Below are positions 22,358 to 33,079 of a stretch of DNA of 64,000 bases, in pieces. The DNA lies in the NCBI GenBank assembly GCA_963840855.1, contig CAWJBB010000001.1, positions 37,013 through 101,012 of the forward strand, read 5' to 3'. Under the pieces are notes generated by a model, which saw only the letters and a list, made by a program, of their open reading frames with translations, searched no databases and was not told where the DNA came from. The stretch is from an uncultured delta proteobacterium. GTDB taxonomy: Bacteria; Desulfobacterota; Binatia; UBA9968. The position numbers and the translations under genes were made by a program. Each line of letters begins with the position of its first letter. Position 1 is the stretch's first letter.

Positions 22358-23479
22358 ATGAGGTTTCTACCTAGCGCAGCCGCGAGCTGCGCATTACTCT
22401 TTTATTTCTGGCTGGCTTCCGTCCATGGCGGCCAATCCAAACCGGCATGGGAAACGGAGTGGGAGCAGACCGTCGAGGCCGCCAGGAGAGAAGGGCAGGT
22501 TTCGGTCTACCACACTCGCGGGCCGTTCGATCAGGTTTTCGCCGATTTCAATAAGCGCTATCCCGGCATAAAGCTCGTGTCGGTTACGGGCCGCGGCGGT
22601 GATTTGAGCTCACGGATCATGGTGGAACGGAGAGCTGAAAAGTATTTGGCGGACATATACATGGGCTCGACAGGCACGCCCCTCGACGTGTTCTACCCGG
22701 CGAAAATTCTCGAGCCGTTTCAGGCTCTCATGATCTTGCCGGAGGTTAGGGAGCAGTCAAACTGGTTTCGCAAGCAGCACCACTACGGCGACCCCGAGGG
22801 TAAGTTTATATTTGTTTTTGAAGGCGTGGTGCGCTCGGATATGGCTTACAACAGCAACCTGGTAGACCCAAAAGAGTTTCGTTCTTATTGGGATCTGCTC
22901 AAGCCCAAGTGGAAAGGTAAGATCGTCGCGATGGACCCCAAGCTTGCCGGCTTTCCCACCGGCCTGCTTCAGTTCGCCTATTACACCCCGGACTTGGGCA
23001 CGAGATTTTTGAGACAGCTCTTTGGCGATATGGATATCACGCTGTCGCGCGACGGCCGCCAGATCGTCGACTGGCTCGCCGTGGGAAAATTCGCCGTCGG
23101 TTTGGCCGCGCCAGCCAACGAGGTTTTTTCGGCAATGAAGCAGGGGCTGCCGCTGGCGCGCTTCGAGCCTCGGACCTTCAAGGAGGGAATCTACATGCGC
23201 GCCACCCAGGGCTCGCTTAGCGTTCTCTCCCGCAACCCCCATCCCAACGCGACGAAGCTGTTTATCAATTGGCTTCTTTCCATTGAAGGCCAGACTCGTT
23301 ATCAGATGCATTACCTCAGAGTCGATCCGGTATTCAGTTTGCGGGAAGATGTACCTCCGGATCCATCGGTCGAGTCATACCGGCCCAAACCGGGCGACAA
23401 GTTTATCTCCGTCTATCGTCCAGAATTCAGGGATCTCCAAGGGGCGTACAAGGTGATCGATGAAGCGCTAAAGAGATAG
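22358..23479 (+). CDS. Extracellular solute-binding protein (Fe3+/thiamine-type)
   Basis: Signal peptide; AARREG, DLLKPKWKGKI, PHPNATKLFINWLLS. Confidence 0.85.
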   Translation: MRFLPSAAASCALLFYFWLASVHGGQSKPAWETEWEQTVEAARREGQVSVYHTRGPFDQVFADFNKRYPGIKLVSVTGRGGDLSSRIMVERRAEKYLADIYMGSTGTPLDVFYPAKILEPFQALMILPEVREQSNWFRKQHHYGDPEGKFIFVFEGVVRSDMAYNSNLVDPKEFRSYWDLLKPKWKGKIVAMDPKLAGFPTGLLQFAYYTPDLGTRFLRQLFGDMDITLSRDGRQIVDWLAVGKFAVGLAAPANEVFSAMKQGLPLARFEPRTFKEGIYMRATQGSLSVLSRNPHPNATKLFINWLLSIEGQTRYQMHYLRVDPVFSLREDVPPDPSVESYRPKPGDKFISVYRPEFRDLQGAYKVIDEALKR

Positions 23480-23683
23480 AAGAAGACGCAATGGCCTGTC
23501 GGTCAACCCTGATACTGATCATGATCGTACCCTAAAATCAGGTCGTGAACCGCAAACACACGGTTCTTTCGAGTCGGGCCTTGCAAATTAATTCTCGTTC
23601 GGTTCTTCGCTCCGAAAACTTCGATTCTTCGCCTGCGTTTCAGAATGACATTAAGGCACAGTCTCTTAGATTAGAGAGGTGCG

Positions 23684-24958
23684 TCATGTTTGAGAGCGTC
23701 GACCAACGGATTGCGGCAACAACGTTGCGCACATCGTCGCGATCGCGCCACCGACGCCGAGTAGCATGTACGCCCAGCCCCAAACCTGAGGCAATTCGCC
23801 GGCGGCATTGGTTGCGTCGAGAATCCACCCGAACGCCAGGGGAGATACGGCGCCGGCTCCGAACCCCAGGATCGAGCGCAGGGCGAGCAAAGTCCCGAGG
23901 TAGCGTGGCTGGATCGCTTCGGTCATGGCCGTGGACAAAACGCCCGAGTCTCCCAGGACGGCAAATCCGTAGACGAAGGCGATCGGGAGCAGCGTAACGA
24001 GCGGCATGTCGATGAGCCAACCGAAGCTGAGCGACAACAGCGCGCCGCTCAGTGCCGTCAAAATGAGTACGTTGCGACGTCCCCAACGATCGGACGCTTC
24101 TCCCAGCGCCAAGGTCGCGCAGATGCCTGACAAGTGAATCGTCATGGCGATCCATAGTCCCATGGCGGCCGAATCTACGCCGGCATTGCGAAAGGCGGCC
24201 GCGAGAAACGTCGGCGTCCACGCCCACATGCCGAGTAATTCCCATGCGTGCGCCGTGTAACCGACCGTCAGCAAGACGGAACGGCGCGTCAGCAACGCTC
24301 GCACAACGCTGTCGTCCATTTGAGCGCCAGCGGATCGGCTGTGCACAACGTTGGCGGTATCGCGCAAAGCAAGCCAGCCCGCGATGGCACCGATGATCGG
24401 TCCGGCAGCACCGGCATAAAAACCCCACTCATACGACCATCGACTCGATGCGCTGACCGACAGCAAGATGGAAACAAGATAGCCCAGCGAGGCTCCCGCC
24501 TGGATCGCGCCGATCGCGAAGCCGCGGCGCTCGGGCCGGAACTCATCGGCTACCAGCATGATCGACGGCGTATAGGTCCCGCCTTGCGTGACGGCGACGA
24601 TGATGTTGAGTAGCAATGCCGATTCGTAAGAGCGGGCGCCGACGGCGAATCCGACGAAAGCCGCGGCCGAGCTCCAAACCGAAATCAAAAAAACGATTTT
24701 TGCGCCGATTCGGCCAGCCAGCCATGAAGCGATGAGCAGCGAAAACGCGTACGCGATAGTGTACACGGACTGAACGCTTCCCGCTTGCGCCGCCGTCATC
24801 GTCCACGCACTCAGCAAAATGGGCAGACTCCCGGCATACACCATCGTTGCGACTGATGTGCCGAAACGGCTGACACAGAGGAGCAGAAGCTTGCGCGGCG
24901 CTGTCACGGACGCATTGGACACGGCGAAATCACAACCCTTCCCTATCGTTGGAGACAC
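23684..24958 (-). CDS. MFS transporter
   Basis: About 12 hydrophobic segments; SDRWGRR, HAWELLGMW; start uncertain. Confidence 0.85.
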   Translation of the reverse strand: MSPTIGKGCDFAVSNASVTAPRKLLLLCVSRFGTSVATMVYAGSLPILLSAWTMTAAQAGSVQSVYTIAYAFSLLIASWLAGRIGAKIVFLISVWSSAAAFVGFAVGARSYESALLLNIIVAVTQGGTYTPSIMLVADEFRPERRGFAIGAIQAGASLGYLVSILLSVSASSRWSYEWGFYAGAAGPIIGAIAGWLALRDTANVVHSRSAGAQMDDSVVRALLTRRSVLLTVGYTAHAWELLGMWAWTPTFLAAAFRNAGVDSAAMGLWIAMTIHLSGICATLALGEASDRWGRRNVLILTALSGALLSLSFGWLIDMPLVTLLPIAFVYGFAVLGDSGVLSTAMTEAIQPRYLGTLLALRSILGFGAGAVSPLAFGWILDATNAAGELPQVWGWAYMLLGVGGAIATMCATLLPQSVGRRSQT

Positions 24959-25138
24959 CCAAACCTCGTTCCATCGACACCGCGTCGGCCCAGCGGCCGA
25001 ACTTCTGCCTAGAAACTATTAGGATCAATTCCCGACTCATGTGTTTAGTCTACGTTTGACCTAATGAATCTCCTGTTTTCCGATCGTTGACAACCGTTAC
25101 GGCTTTCGACTATTTCGAGCACAGCGGAGGATACGCTC

Positions 25139-26044
25139 ATGATGACCGACCCAAAGTTTATTGAAGTCGATGGAATCCGAACCCGCTATTTTCGATAGGG
25201 GCAGCGGCGAAGTGTTGTTACTGGTGCATGGCAGCCACATGGGTACACCCGACGCGTGCGAGAGTGCCATCGACTGGGAGTTCAACTTCGATGTTCTCGC
25301 CCAATGCTTTCGCGTCATTGCCATGGATAAGCTCGGGCAAGGCTACACCGGCAATCCGAAATCCGACACCGACTACACCATGGCGGCCACCGTAAAGCAC
25401 GCGGCGGGCTTGTTACAGGCGCTCGGGCTCAAAAATGTTCACGTCATCGGCCACTCGCGCGGCGGCTACGTCGTCGCCCGGCTCACCTTGGATTATCCAG
25501 AACTGGTTCGCTCTTGCGTCATTGTCGACAGCGGCACCCTTGCACCCGGACCATCGAAGACGGAATACATCATGGCCGCTGCGCCCAAGCCGCGCCTGAG
25601 CCGCGAAAGCCAGCGCTGGTGCATCGAGCACTACTCCTTCAAATCGAATCACATCAGCCAAACCTGGCTCGACACTTGTGAAGATATCGCCAAGTCGGAA
25701 AAGTACCAGGAAACCGTCAGAAAGATGGAGGACGAGGGGCTAAAGAGAAATCAATTCTTCACGCGGTTGGCGGTGCACAAGGAAGAAACGCTCAATTGGA
25801 TCATTCAAGGGAAGCTCACGCAGCCGACGATGTTAGTCTGGGCTACAACGATCCCACGGCACTGCTCAAACGCGGCCACGCGCTGTTCGAAATCATCGCC
25901 GACAGTAATCCCAAGTCGGAAATGCACATCATCAACGAGGCCGGCCACTTCTGCTACCGCGAACAACCGGAGACGTTCAATCGGGTAATCAAGGCCTTCG
26001 TCGAAAAGTGCGCGGAGGACCACACGGGTCACGTATCGCGTTGA
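25139..26044 (+). CDS. Alpha/beta hydrolase with two frameshifts (near 25190 and 25840)
   Basis: MMTDPKFIEVDGIRTRYF / LVHG, GHSRGG / NDPTA, AGHF. Confidence 0.75.
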
Positions 26045-26147
26045 ATACTAGTGTGGCGTCTCTGAAATTCGTTACATAATTCAGTAGTCATTCCTGGCAA
26101 CCCTCTCGAAAGCGTGCTCGTGGCAGCTGGCATTCACGCGCGAGGCG

Positions 26148-26600
26148 CTAAACTTTCGTTGAGCGGTTTGGTTCGGACGGTTCAGAAATCGTTTTCAGCG
26201 CTTCGTCTGCCAGCTCGCGATCTTCGCTAGCGTGGGTGCGCACGGCGAGATCGCCAAGGGAGAGCATGCCGACTAGACGCTTACTCCGATCCAATATCGG
26301 TAGACGGCGAATCTGCTGAGCTTCCATCACGCTTGCGGCTTCGTCCAGTGATTGATCATCGAAGCAATAAGTCGCGCCCGGCGTCATGATCTCGTTCACT
26401 TTGGTCATCGACGCATCGAGGCCTTCCGCTACAAGCCGCACAGCAATATCGCGATCCGTTATCAAGCCCTCGAGTCTCTCACCATCACAAACCGGCAACG
26501 AGCCGACGTCTAACTCTCTCATCTTTTCGGCAGCTTCTATGGCCGGCGCATGCGAGTTGATAACTTCCGCTCCTGCAGTCATGACCTCTCTAATTTGCAT
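26148..26600 (-). CDS. CBS-domain protein
   Basis: GLITDRDI, QIRRLPI, GMLSLGD. Confidence 0.9.
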   Translation of the reverse strand: MQIREVMTAGAEVINSHAPAIEAAEKMRELDVGSLPVCDGERLEGLITDRDIAVRLVAEGLDASMTKVNEIMTPGATYCFDDQSLDEAASVMEAQQIRRLPILDRSKRLVGMLSLGDLAVRTHASEDRELADEALKTISEPSEPNRSTKV

Positions 26601-27004
26601 ACGTCACCTCCGAAATTACTCAAAAGGAAAGGCAAGCTTCATGCCAGAGCACACGAACCTCAAACGGACAGATAATCGCGTAAAATATGTGCGTTTGGCA
26701 ATTCTGGCTGCCGAGACAAGCTGGAATCAGCCAAGCCCAGACGGTCTCCAATGGTGATCGGGCGCGCTGCTGTTTCAATTTTGCGAATCTTGCTCAAACA
26801 AATGTCCTGATATCGGGGCATGTTATCAACGACAACCCTTTCATTGTCCCCAACACTGCCCGCTCAATCAATAACAATGGTGGCTTTTCTCTTGCGCTAT
26901 TGCATCAGCTAATTCCGAAACTCCCCATTCGCTGAGCGGCTTGCGGTTTGCTAGGTTCTCCTTTTGCTCCCTATCGTAGCGACTGTAATTCGGGACTCGC
27001 GGCC

Positions 27005-28666
27005 ATGGCTCCGTCAAAATTCTTAAGCGGCAACGATTTGCGGATATCGGGCCGGCGCTTGCGCCAATGGTGGTCCGACGGTGGCGGATCTTCAAAAACC
27101 ATCAGGATCACTGCGTGGGCCGCCGCCATAATCTGCCTCCTTCTGCTCATCGCCATCGTGGCTGGTTTTTTTATCGACGAGCCCTTGCGCCGGAGAATGG
27201 AAGCGAGACTCAATTCGACGCTACAGGGCTACACGGTAACGATCGGCAGACTCGACTTTCACCCCATAGGTTTGTCTCTGGACCTGGAAGATACGACGAT
27301 CGTTCAAAATGACAATCCCGAACCGCCGGTCGCCCACATTCCTGTTCTTAGTGCGAGCGTCGACTGGCGCGCCATCCTGTTTGGGCGAATCGTGGCCGAC
27401 TTTCAAATCGACAGCCCTAAGATCTACATCAATCGCAGGCAGGCCAAGAAAGAAATCGACAACGAAGTTCCCATTAAAGAGCGCGGCTGGCAGCAGGCAC
27501 TGCAGGAAATTTACCCGCTGAAGATCAATGAGTTTGTGATTTCCAACGGCGGGCTCACGTACGTCGACGAAGGCCCATTCCGCCCGCTCGAACTCACCGG
27601 CGTAAACCTCCGCGCCGAGAACATCCGCAATGTCAGGTCCGGACAGGGAGTCTACCCTTCCCCCGTCCATTTCGAAGCCAGTGTCTTTGGCCAGGGGAAA
27701 GCGCTCGTCGACGGCAATGCGGATTTTTTGGCTGAGCCGCACGTTAGCTTTAAAACTGATTTATCTCTCCAAAATATAGCTTTGGACTACTTCAAGCCGC
27801 TCATCGAGCCGCACAATTTCGCTGTCCATAAGGGAACGTTATCTGCGAACGGCAATATGGAGTATGCGGCGAATACCAAGTACATCAACATAGGTGAAAT
27901 CCGCGTCCGGGACGCCAACGCGGAATACATCAACAGAACAGCAGACTCAGCGCCGGAGACTGCCGCGAAAAAGGTCGACAAGGTGGCAAAAGAATACAGC
28001 GACGCACCCACTCTCGCGGTCAATGTCGACAAAGTTTATATCAATGGGCGTCTCGGATTTTTGAACACGGCGCGCAACCCGCAGTACCGTATATTCTGGG
28101 ACCCATGCGAGATACAGATTTCCAATTTTACCAATCAGTCCGGCGACGGAGCCATGGTCGCCCGCTTAACCGGACTTTTTATGGGCAGCGGCAAGACGAG
28201 CATAAATGTGACTGCGCGGCCCAACAAAAAGGGGCCGGATCTCGATCTTCGAATCGCCATCGAAGAAACCGATATGAGGTTGATGAACGACCTGTTTCGC
28301 TCCTACGGCAATTTTGATGTCGTCGCCGGGCGCTTCTCGTTTTTCTCTGAGATCGCCGTGCGCGACGGCAACATGAATGGATACGTCAAGCCTCTGTTTC
28401 TCGAAATGGATGTCTACGATCAACGCCAGGACAAAGAAAAAAACGTCTTTCGCAAGCTTTACGAAGGGGCCATGGGTGGACTTTCCTGGCTGTTCCAGAA
28501 TACCCCTCGTGATGAAGTCGCCACCACGATCCAGGTTTCCGGCAAGCTTTCCAATCCACAAACCAGCACCTGGGACACGATCGTCGGTTTAATCCAGAAC
28601 GCTTTCTTTAAAGCGATTTTGCCCGGCTTCGAACGCGCAGCGAGCGCGCCGCAGAAAAAATCGTAA
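27005..28666 (+). CDS. DUF748/AsmA-like protein
   Basis: N-terminal TM segment, beta-rich body, GYVKPLF, NAFFKAILPG. Confidence 0.7.
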   Translation: MAPSKFLSGNDLRISGRRLRQWWSDGGGSSKTIRITAWAAAIICLLLLIAIVAGFFIDEPLRRRMEARLNSTLQGYTVTIGRLDFHPIGLSLDLEDTTIVQNDNPEPPVAHIPVLSASVDWRAILFGRIVADFQIDSPKIYINRRQAKKEIDNEVPIKERGWQQALQEIYPLKINEFVISNGGLTYVDEGPFRPLELTGVNLRAENIRNVRSGQGVYPSPVHFEASVFGQGKALVDGNADFLAEPHVSFKTDLSLQNIALDYFKPLIEPHNFAVHKGTLSANGNMEYAANTKYINIGEIRVRDANAEYINRTADSAPETAAKKVDKVAKEYSDAPTLAVNVDKVYINGRLGFLNTARNPQYRIFWDPCEIQISNFTNQSGDGAMVARLTGLFMGSGKTSINVTARPNKKGPDLDLRIAIEETDMRLMNDLFRSYGNFDVVAGRFSFFSEIAVRDGNMNGYVKPLFLEMDVYDQRQDKEKNVFRKLYEGAMGGLSWLFQNTPRDEVATTIQVSGKLSNPQTSTWDTIVGLIQNAFFKAILPGFERAASAPQKKS

Positions 28667-28833
28667 GTTCAGCCGGGACCCAATGTCCCATAGTTACAAC
28701 ACCGGATCTCTTCTCCGTCAAGTCCGATACGCCTTGGCGTGGCGCGGTCATTGAACGCATTCGCTTCGTGTCTAAGCTATCGTCGTGTTGGAAAGAGTAG
28801 GTTTCGAAACACAGAGGCACAAGAAACCCGAAC

Positions 28834-29349
28834 ATGTGGGAATACACAGGAAGCAAACGGCCGCCTTTCGCCGCAACGCCGGACCCTGGCCAAGAGTCTG
28901 TTTGGGACTATCCGCGTCCACCAAAGCTCGTCGCCGACAAGCGCCACGTCGTCGTTCGGTTTAGCGATATCATTATTGCGGACACTGTCGAGGCTTATCG
29001 CGTCCTTGAAACCGCGGGTCCCCCGACGTTTTATATTCCGCCAAAGGACGTGCGCGCCCAGTTGCTGCAGCCGTTTCCCGGCACGTCAGCATGTGAATGG
29101 AAAGGCACGGCAACGTACTGTTCGCTAAAAGTTACACCGCCCTTGCAACAAGCGATCGGCTGGAGCTATCCGACAGCGCGAGTTCCATATGTGCAAATCT
29201 CCGGATACTTTTCCTTCTATCCCGGTCGCGTGGAGTGCTTCGTCGACGATGAGCGCGTCCGCCCCCAACCCGGTTTTTTCTACGGCGGCTGGATAACCGA
29301 CGAGATCGTCGGTCCCTGGAAAGGGGAGCCCGGCAGGGAGCGATGGTAG
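28834..29349 (+). CDS. DUF427 family protein
   Basis: ESVWDYPRPP, CEWKG, FYGGWIT. Confidence 0.85.
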   Translation: MWEYTGSKRPPFAATPDPGQESVWDYPRPPKLVADKRHVVVRFSDIIIADTVEAYRVLETAGPPTFYIPPKDVRAQLLQPFPGTSACEWKGTATYCSLKVTPPLQQAIGWSYPTARVPYVQISGYFSFYPGRVECFVDDERVRPQPGFFYGGWITDEIVGPWKGEPGRERW

Positions 29350-29367
29350 CGCGCAACCTTTACAGTT

Positions 29368-29500
29368 GGGGTCAACTCCTGAATTCTGCATTTAACCGTC
29401 GTGTGATGTCTCAACCCCAATCTGTCGCGCAACGTCAACGATAAAAATCTAGATGCAAGGTGCCCCCGTTTCCGTAAGTACAAAAGTCACGATTTGACCC
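29368..29500. mobile_element. Non-autonomous 133-bp element with RAYT-type ends
   Basis: Starts GGGGTCAA and ends GATTTGACCC. Confidence 0.45.
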
Positions 29501-29510
29501 TAACAACACC

Positions 29511-29769
29511 GTCCCAGCTCGCCGAGTCGATCTATTCCAGACAATCTGACAGCCCAGTACCGCTTGCCAACGCAAGCCGACGGCGCCGCTCGCTCTGAGT
29601 TCGAGCGAGCGGCGCCATAAGGGACCTTTCGCGCACCTCCCGACCGCTCTCCGGCCGAGCCGCCTGGTACAACAGTGGGTTTTTTATCAAGCAGAAAAGG
29701 AATTGACATCTCTCGCGGTCCTGCGATATGGCTCCGGTCATAGAAAAAGGTGGTTTAAAAATCCTATCC
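29511..29769 (+). mobile_element. ISCR/IS91-like oriIS end, copy 1 (about 259 bp)
   Basis: Last codons RRVDLFQTI*, conserved tail, ends GGTTTAAAAATCCTATCC. Confidence 0.85.
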
Positions 29770-30076
29770 ATAAGTTCATTAATAATCCTCACTGCTTTTT
29801 GTGCCCGATATGACCCTGTCCAATACACGCTGGCAAGTCATTACCCAGTCCCGTTTCCCTTGGGAACAGGAGGCGCTGTCGCGAAAATGTCAGCGATTCT
29901 TAAATAACCCAGAACAACTGAGCCGAGATTTCGAAAATACTTTCGGGATTTCAATGCTAGACTAAGTACATAAGTCAAGATTTGACCCTTCTCCCCTCTG
30001 CCATGCGCGTGTGCACGTTACGGACGATGTCGGGCCAATTCGATTCAGTGATGTCGTTGCGCATCCTTCATCCAGC

Positions 30077-30942
30077 TTATAGGGCATAGGGCAGTTGCTC
30101 GGACACTCCTATGACCGCATCAACCAGAGTAGCTACAGGCTTCACTGCTGGGCCCCGGAGGATGACGCCGCATTCCATTGAAAAATCCCGCGACCATCGG
30201 GTCATGTTCGCTGAGCCGATGTATGCCTTATCATCGTCGGTAAGAAGAATTTTCGCGTGGAACGTCTCGACCGTAGGCGTTCTGAGGCCCGGGTCGTGTG
30301 CGATTGAATAACGAAATATCTTTACCGCGTAGCTGGCAAATTGCGAGCGATGCGCAAGAAGGAGTGCATTCTCCGTCGGGTCACGCCCCCGCACGATCAT
30401 CAGTCGTTCCAGAGACTTCTTGGCTGATGTTTCGAAGAGCTGCGCGATCCATTGCAATCCTTCGCTGTCGACGAAAGGATTAATTATGGCGAGACGGCGT
30501 TCTGCCTGACTAGCCAATTCAATCAGACTATCTTTCGTGTCGAAAAGGCGGGTCCAGGAAAAACCTTGCTTTGGAAGCGTTTCCATCAATCGGGAAGGAT
30601 GGGCGGGCGGGCTCAGAGTGATTTCGACTTGATTGGAGTCCCGTTAGCGATACCGTGCGTAGGCGACTCCGCGCACCGCCGCGTACCGCAATGCGTCGTT
30701 TTTGGAGACGGTGAGGGATATGCCGTCTCCCATTTGGGACAGCAATCCCGCTTCGAGCATCCCCGCAAGCACGGAATCCAGCTTTTGCGAGGTAATGTTC
30801 TGCTGGCGCGCAATATTGTCAAACAGCCCTGTCCGATTGAGAGAGAACTGGCGTTTGCCAAATGAACTAGTAACCCGGCGGCCGCGAGAGGGTCAAAAAG
30901 GACGCCATCAACGATTGCTTCCTCCGGAATCGATGCATTCAT
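30077..30942 (-). CDS. Phospholipase D-family nuclease, DrmC-like (frameshift near 30800)
   Basis: Single HKD motif HAKILLTD...GSANMT; ATGA overlap with the drmB-like stop. Confidence 0.8.
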
Positions 30943-33074
30943 ACGGCAGTTGCCCCGTTTGCTCCAAGTCGAAAAAAACCGGCTAGCGGTGCTCGGTCGG
31001 CATCCCATCCTGGCGGTACGCCGCCGCCGAGAGCGGCGCGGCTGAGCAAATTGTTGCCGGCGATGCAGGCCACTTCGGGAGCCATAATACACGCCGGGCA
31101 TGCGCCCCCACGCTGATCGCAGAGACTTCCCCCGTCGCACTTGAGAGCGCGATCAGTAAGGAGCTGCTCTAACACGGTTAGGCCATGGTTGCGCCACATA
31201 GCGGACAAATTGCCGAGATCAGGCGTCATGCCTCTCCGGTATACGAGAAACGCGAGGTCACTGGGGAATAGATATTCGCCGATAGATCCGTGCTCCAGAC
31301 CGGAGTATTCAACGACCGCATGAGCAAAATGGTGAGCCATCGTATGGAGCAGGAGATAGACGTAATTGGGTACCGAGCGTGGAGTAGGGGGCGTAGCGCG
31401 TTCTCGATAGTCTTCAACAAAACGGCCGAAATCCGCGTACTCTTCAATCAAAAGGCCGCCGAGGCGCATCCCGTCTCGAGGGGGCAGCTGCTGACCCAAG
31501 CCATTTTGGCAAAGCCATTTGATAACTCGCTTTTCGTTGAGGCGGATGTAAAAACCTTCATTTTTCTGTTCAAGGAGATAGATCGGTCGCTTGTTCTTTT
31601 CCACGTAATCAAAGGCGCACAGCCTGACGGGCATCTCCCTATCCTTAACCGTGGTGGAGGGTGTGGAGCTGACGCGCGTATACCCGAAGCTAAATTCGCA
31701 GATGTCCAGTCCCCGAAGAAGGACGAGTTCATCGATTCCGAGCTGCAGCTGGTGCTGTTCAACAGTTGCTGTATATGATTTGCGTTCTTTGGCGTCTGCG
31801 GCATCGATGTCGCAGACTTCGGGATTGAGAACGGATATCGCGGGGAGGCTCGGGTCCGTACCCTGTCTGTCTATGACTTCGGAGCGGAAGGAGGAATGCT
31901 CCACGGCGAGCCGTATCGGATTGTACCGCCTTGCCCATTCCTGGTTGGCTTCGACCTGTGAGGCGAGAGCCTGCGACTGCAGGTGCTGTTTTGCGATGAG
32001 CCCGTCGGCTTCGTAGGCCGCTCGTTTTTCGCTCAACTGTCGTTCCATGGTTTCTTTCATGGCGGGAACTGAAATTACTTTTAAGATTTCCAGAAGATCC
32101 TTGTAGTTCTTCGCCTCATCGTTGCGCCCGTTTTCCCTCAACTGCCTCATGACCTCGTCGTGTGTGAGCGGCGTACCGGGGAAATTGTAGAGTTTCATGA
32201 GTCGGGAGACGAGTTCAGAGCGACGCGCCGCCGTGAGCAGAGTTGTGACCTCAGCATCTCGGAATAGGATGAAGCTGTCGGTCTGGGGGTAAAAGACCGA
32301 GGAAGCCCTGTACGAGACCGGGAGCATGTTCCACTCCTTGGGGAGATTGCCATGCCCGGCATCCATCCCGGGCTTGAGGAGTTCTAGCGTTTCGCGATCC
32401 GCCTGGACGACTTCTTTCGTGGCGAGGCATTGGACACATTGGAAGCGCCAATCGCTGAAGAAAGGAGAAGCTTTGGTCACAAGCTGATATTCTTCGTGGC
32501 CGCAGTTCTGGCATCTTCTTATTTGATTGACCCTGCCATCAGGTGCCATAACCCAACGGTAAGGGCTCAGGCCGCAATAGTTTCCGGACCAGTGGGCATA
32601 GACGACATCCACCTGTCGCCAATTGTGACGACCGGAATCTGCCACTGCGCAATCTGTCCGGTCTTTTGTTTGTGGCCAGCGATGGTGAAGATCCTCCACG
32701 CCGTCAAATTCTGTGAGGCGCCCGCAATCGGAGCAGACAAATACCAAAGGATCCGGTAGAAACCCGATCCGGCTGGGTTGATTGAGGACAAACTTTCCCT
32801 GATCAACGAAAGGCTCGTTCTGGTGATTTAGGAATGCACTGTCGATGCATTGCTCGGGCAGAACAGCAGGTTCCGTACGGCAGTGTGTGGCACGCTGAAA
32901 CCAGCTCTCGACATATTCTGCGAGGTGTTCAAACAACTGCTTTTGGACTGCCGGAGAAGAGGGCGTAACTGGCGCGGATACGGCGACAGAAACGCAACAT
33001 CCGAGTCCGCCCTCATACGTGAAGAGCGCACCGGGAGCGTAGGATGTCGCAATTTGAGTTCTAGATCGATGCAT
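30939..33074 (-). CDS. DUF1998-containing protein, DrmB-like
   Basis: N-terminal RSRTQIATSYAPGA; C-terminal LLHTMAH, EYLF, ACPAC...PEVAC...N.LLSR. Confidence 0.82.
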   Translation of the reverse strand: MHRSRTQIATSYAPGALFTYEGGLGCCVSVAVSAPVTPSSPAVQKQLFEHLAEYVESWFQRATHCRTEPAVLPEQCIDSAFLNHQNEPFVDQGKFVLNQPSRIGFLPDPLVFVCSDCGRLTEFDGVEDLHHRWPQTKDRTDCAVADSGRHNWRQVDVVYAHWSGNYCGLSPYRWVMAPDGRVNQIRRCQNCGHEEYQLVTKASPFFSDWRFQCVQCLATKEVVQADRETLELLKPGMDAGHGNLPKEWNMLPVSYRASSVFYPQTDSFILFRDAEVTTLLTAARRSELVSRLMKLYNFPGTPLTHDEVMRQLRENGRNDEAKNYKDLLEILKVISVPAMKETMERQLSEKRAAYEADGLIAKQHLQSQALASQVEANQEWARRYNPIRLAVEHSSFRSEVIDRQGTDPSLPAISVLNPEVCDIDAADAKERKSYTATVEQHQLQLGIDELVLLRGLDICEFSFGYTRVSSTPSTTVKDREMPVRLCAFDYVEKNKRPIYLLEQKNEGFYIRLNEKRVIKWLCQNGLGQQLPPRDGMRLGGLLIEEYADFGRFVEDYRERATPPTPRSVPNYVYLLLHTMAHHFAHAVVEYSGLEHGSIGEYLFPSDLAFLVYRRGMTPDLGNLSAMWRNHGLTVLEQLLTDRALKCDGGSLCDQRGGACPACIMAPEVACIAGNNLLSRAALGGGVPPGWDADRAPLAGFFRLGANGATAV

Positions 33075-33079
33075 TTGCC

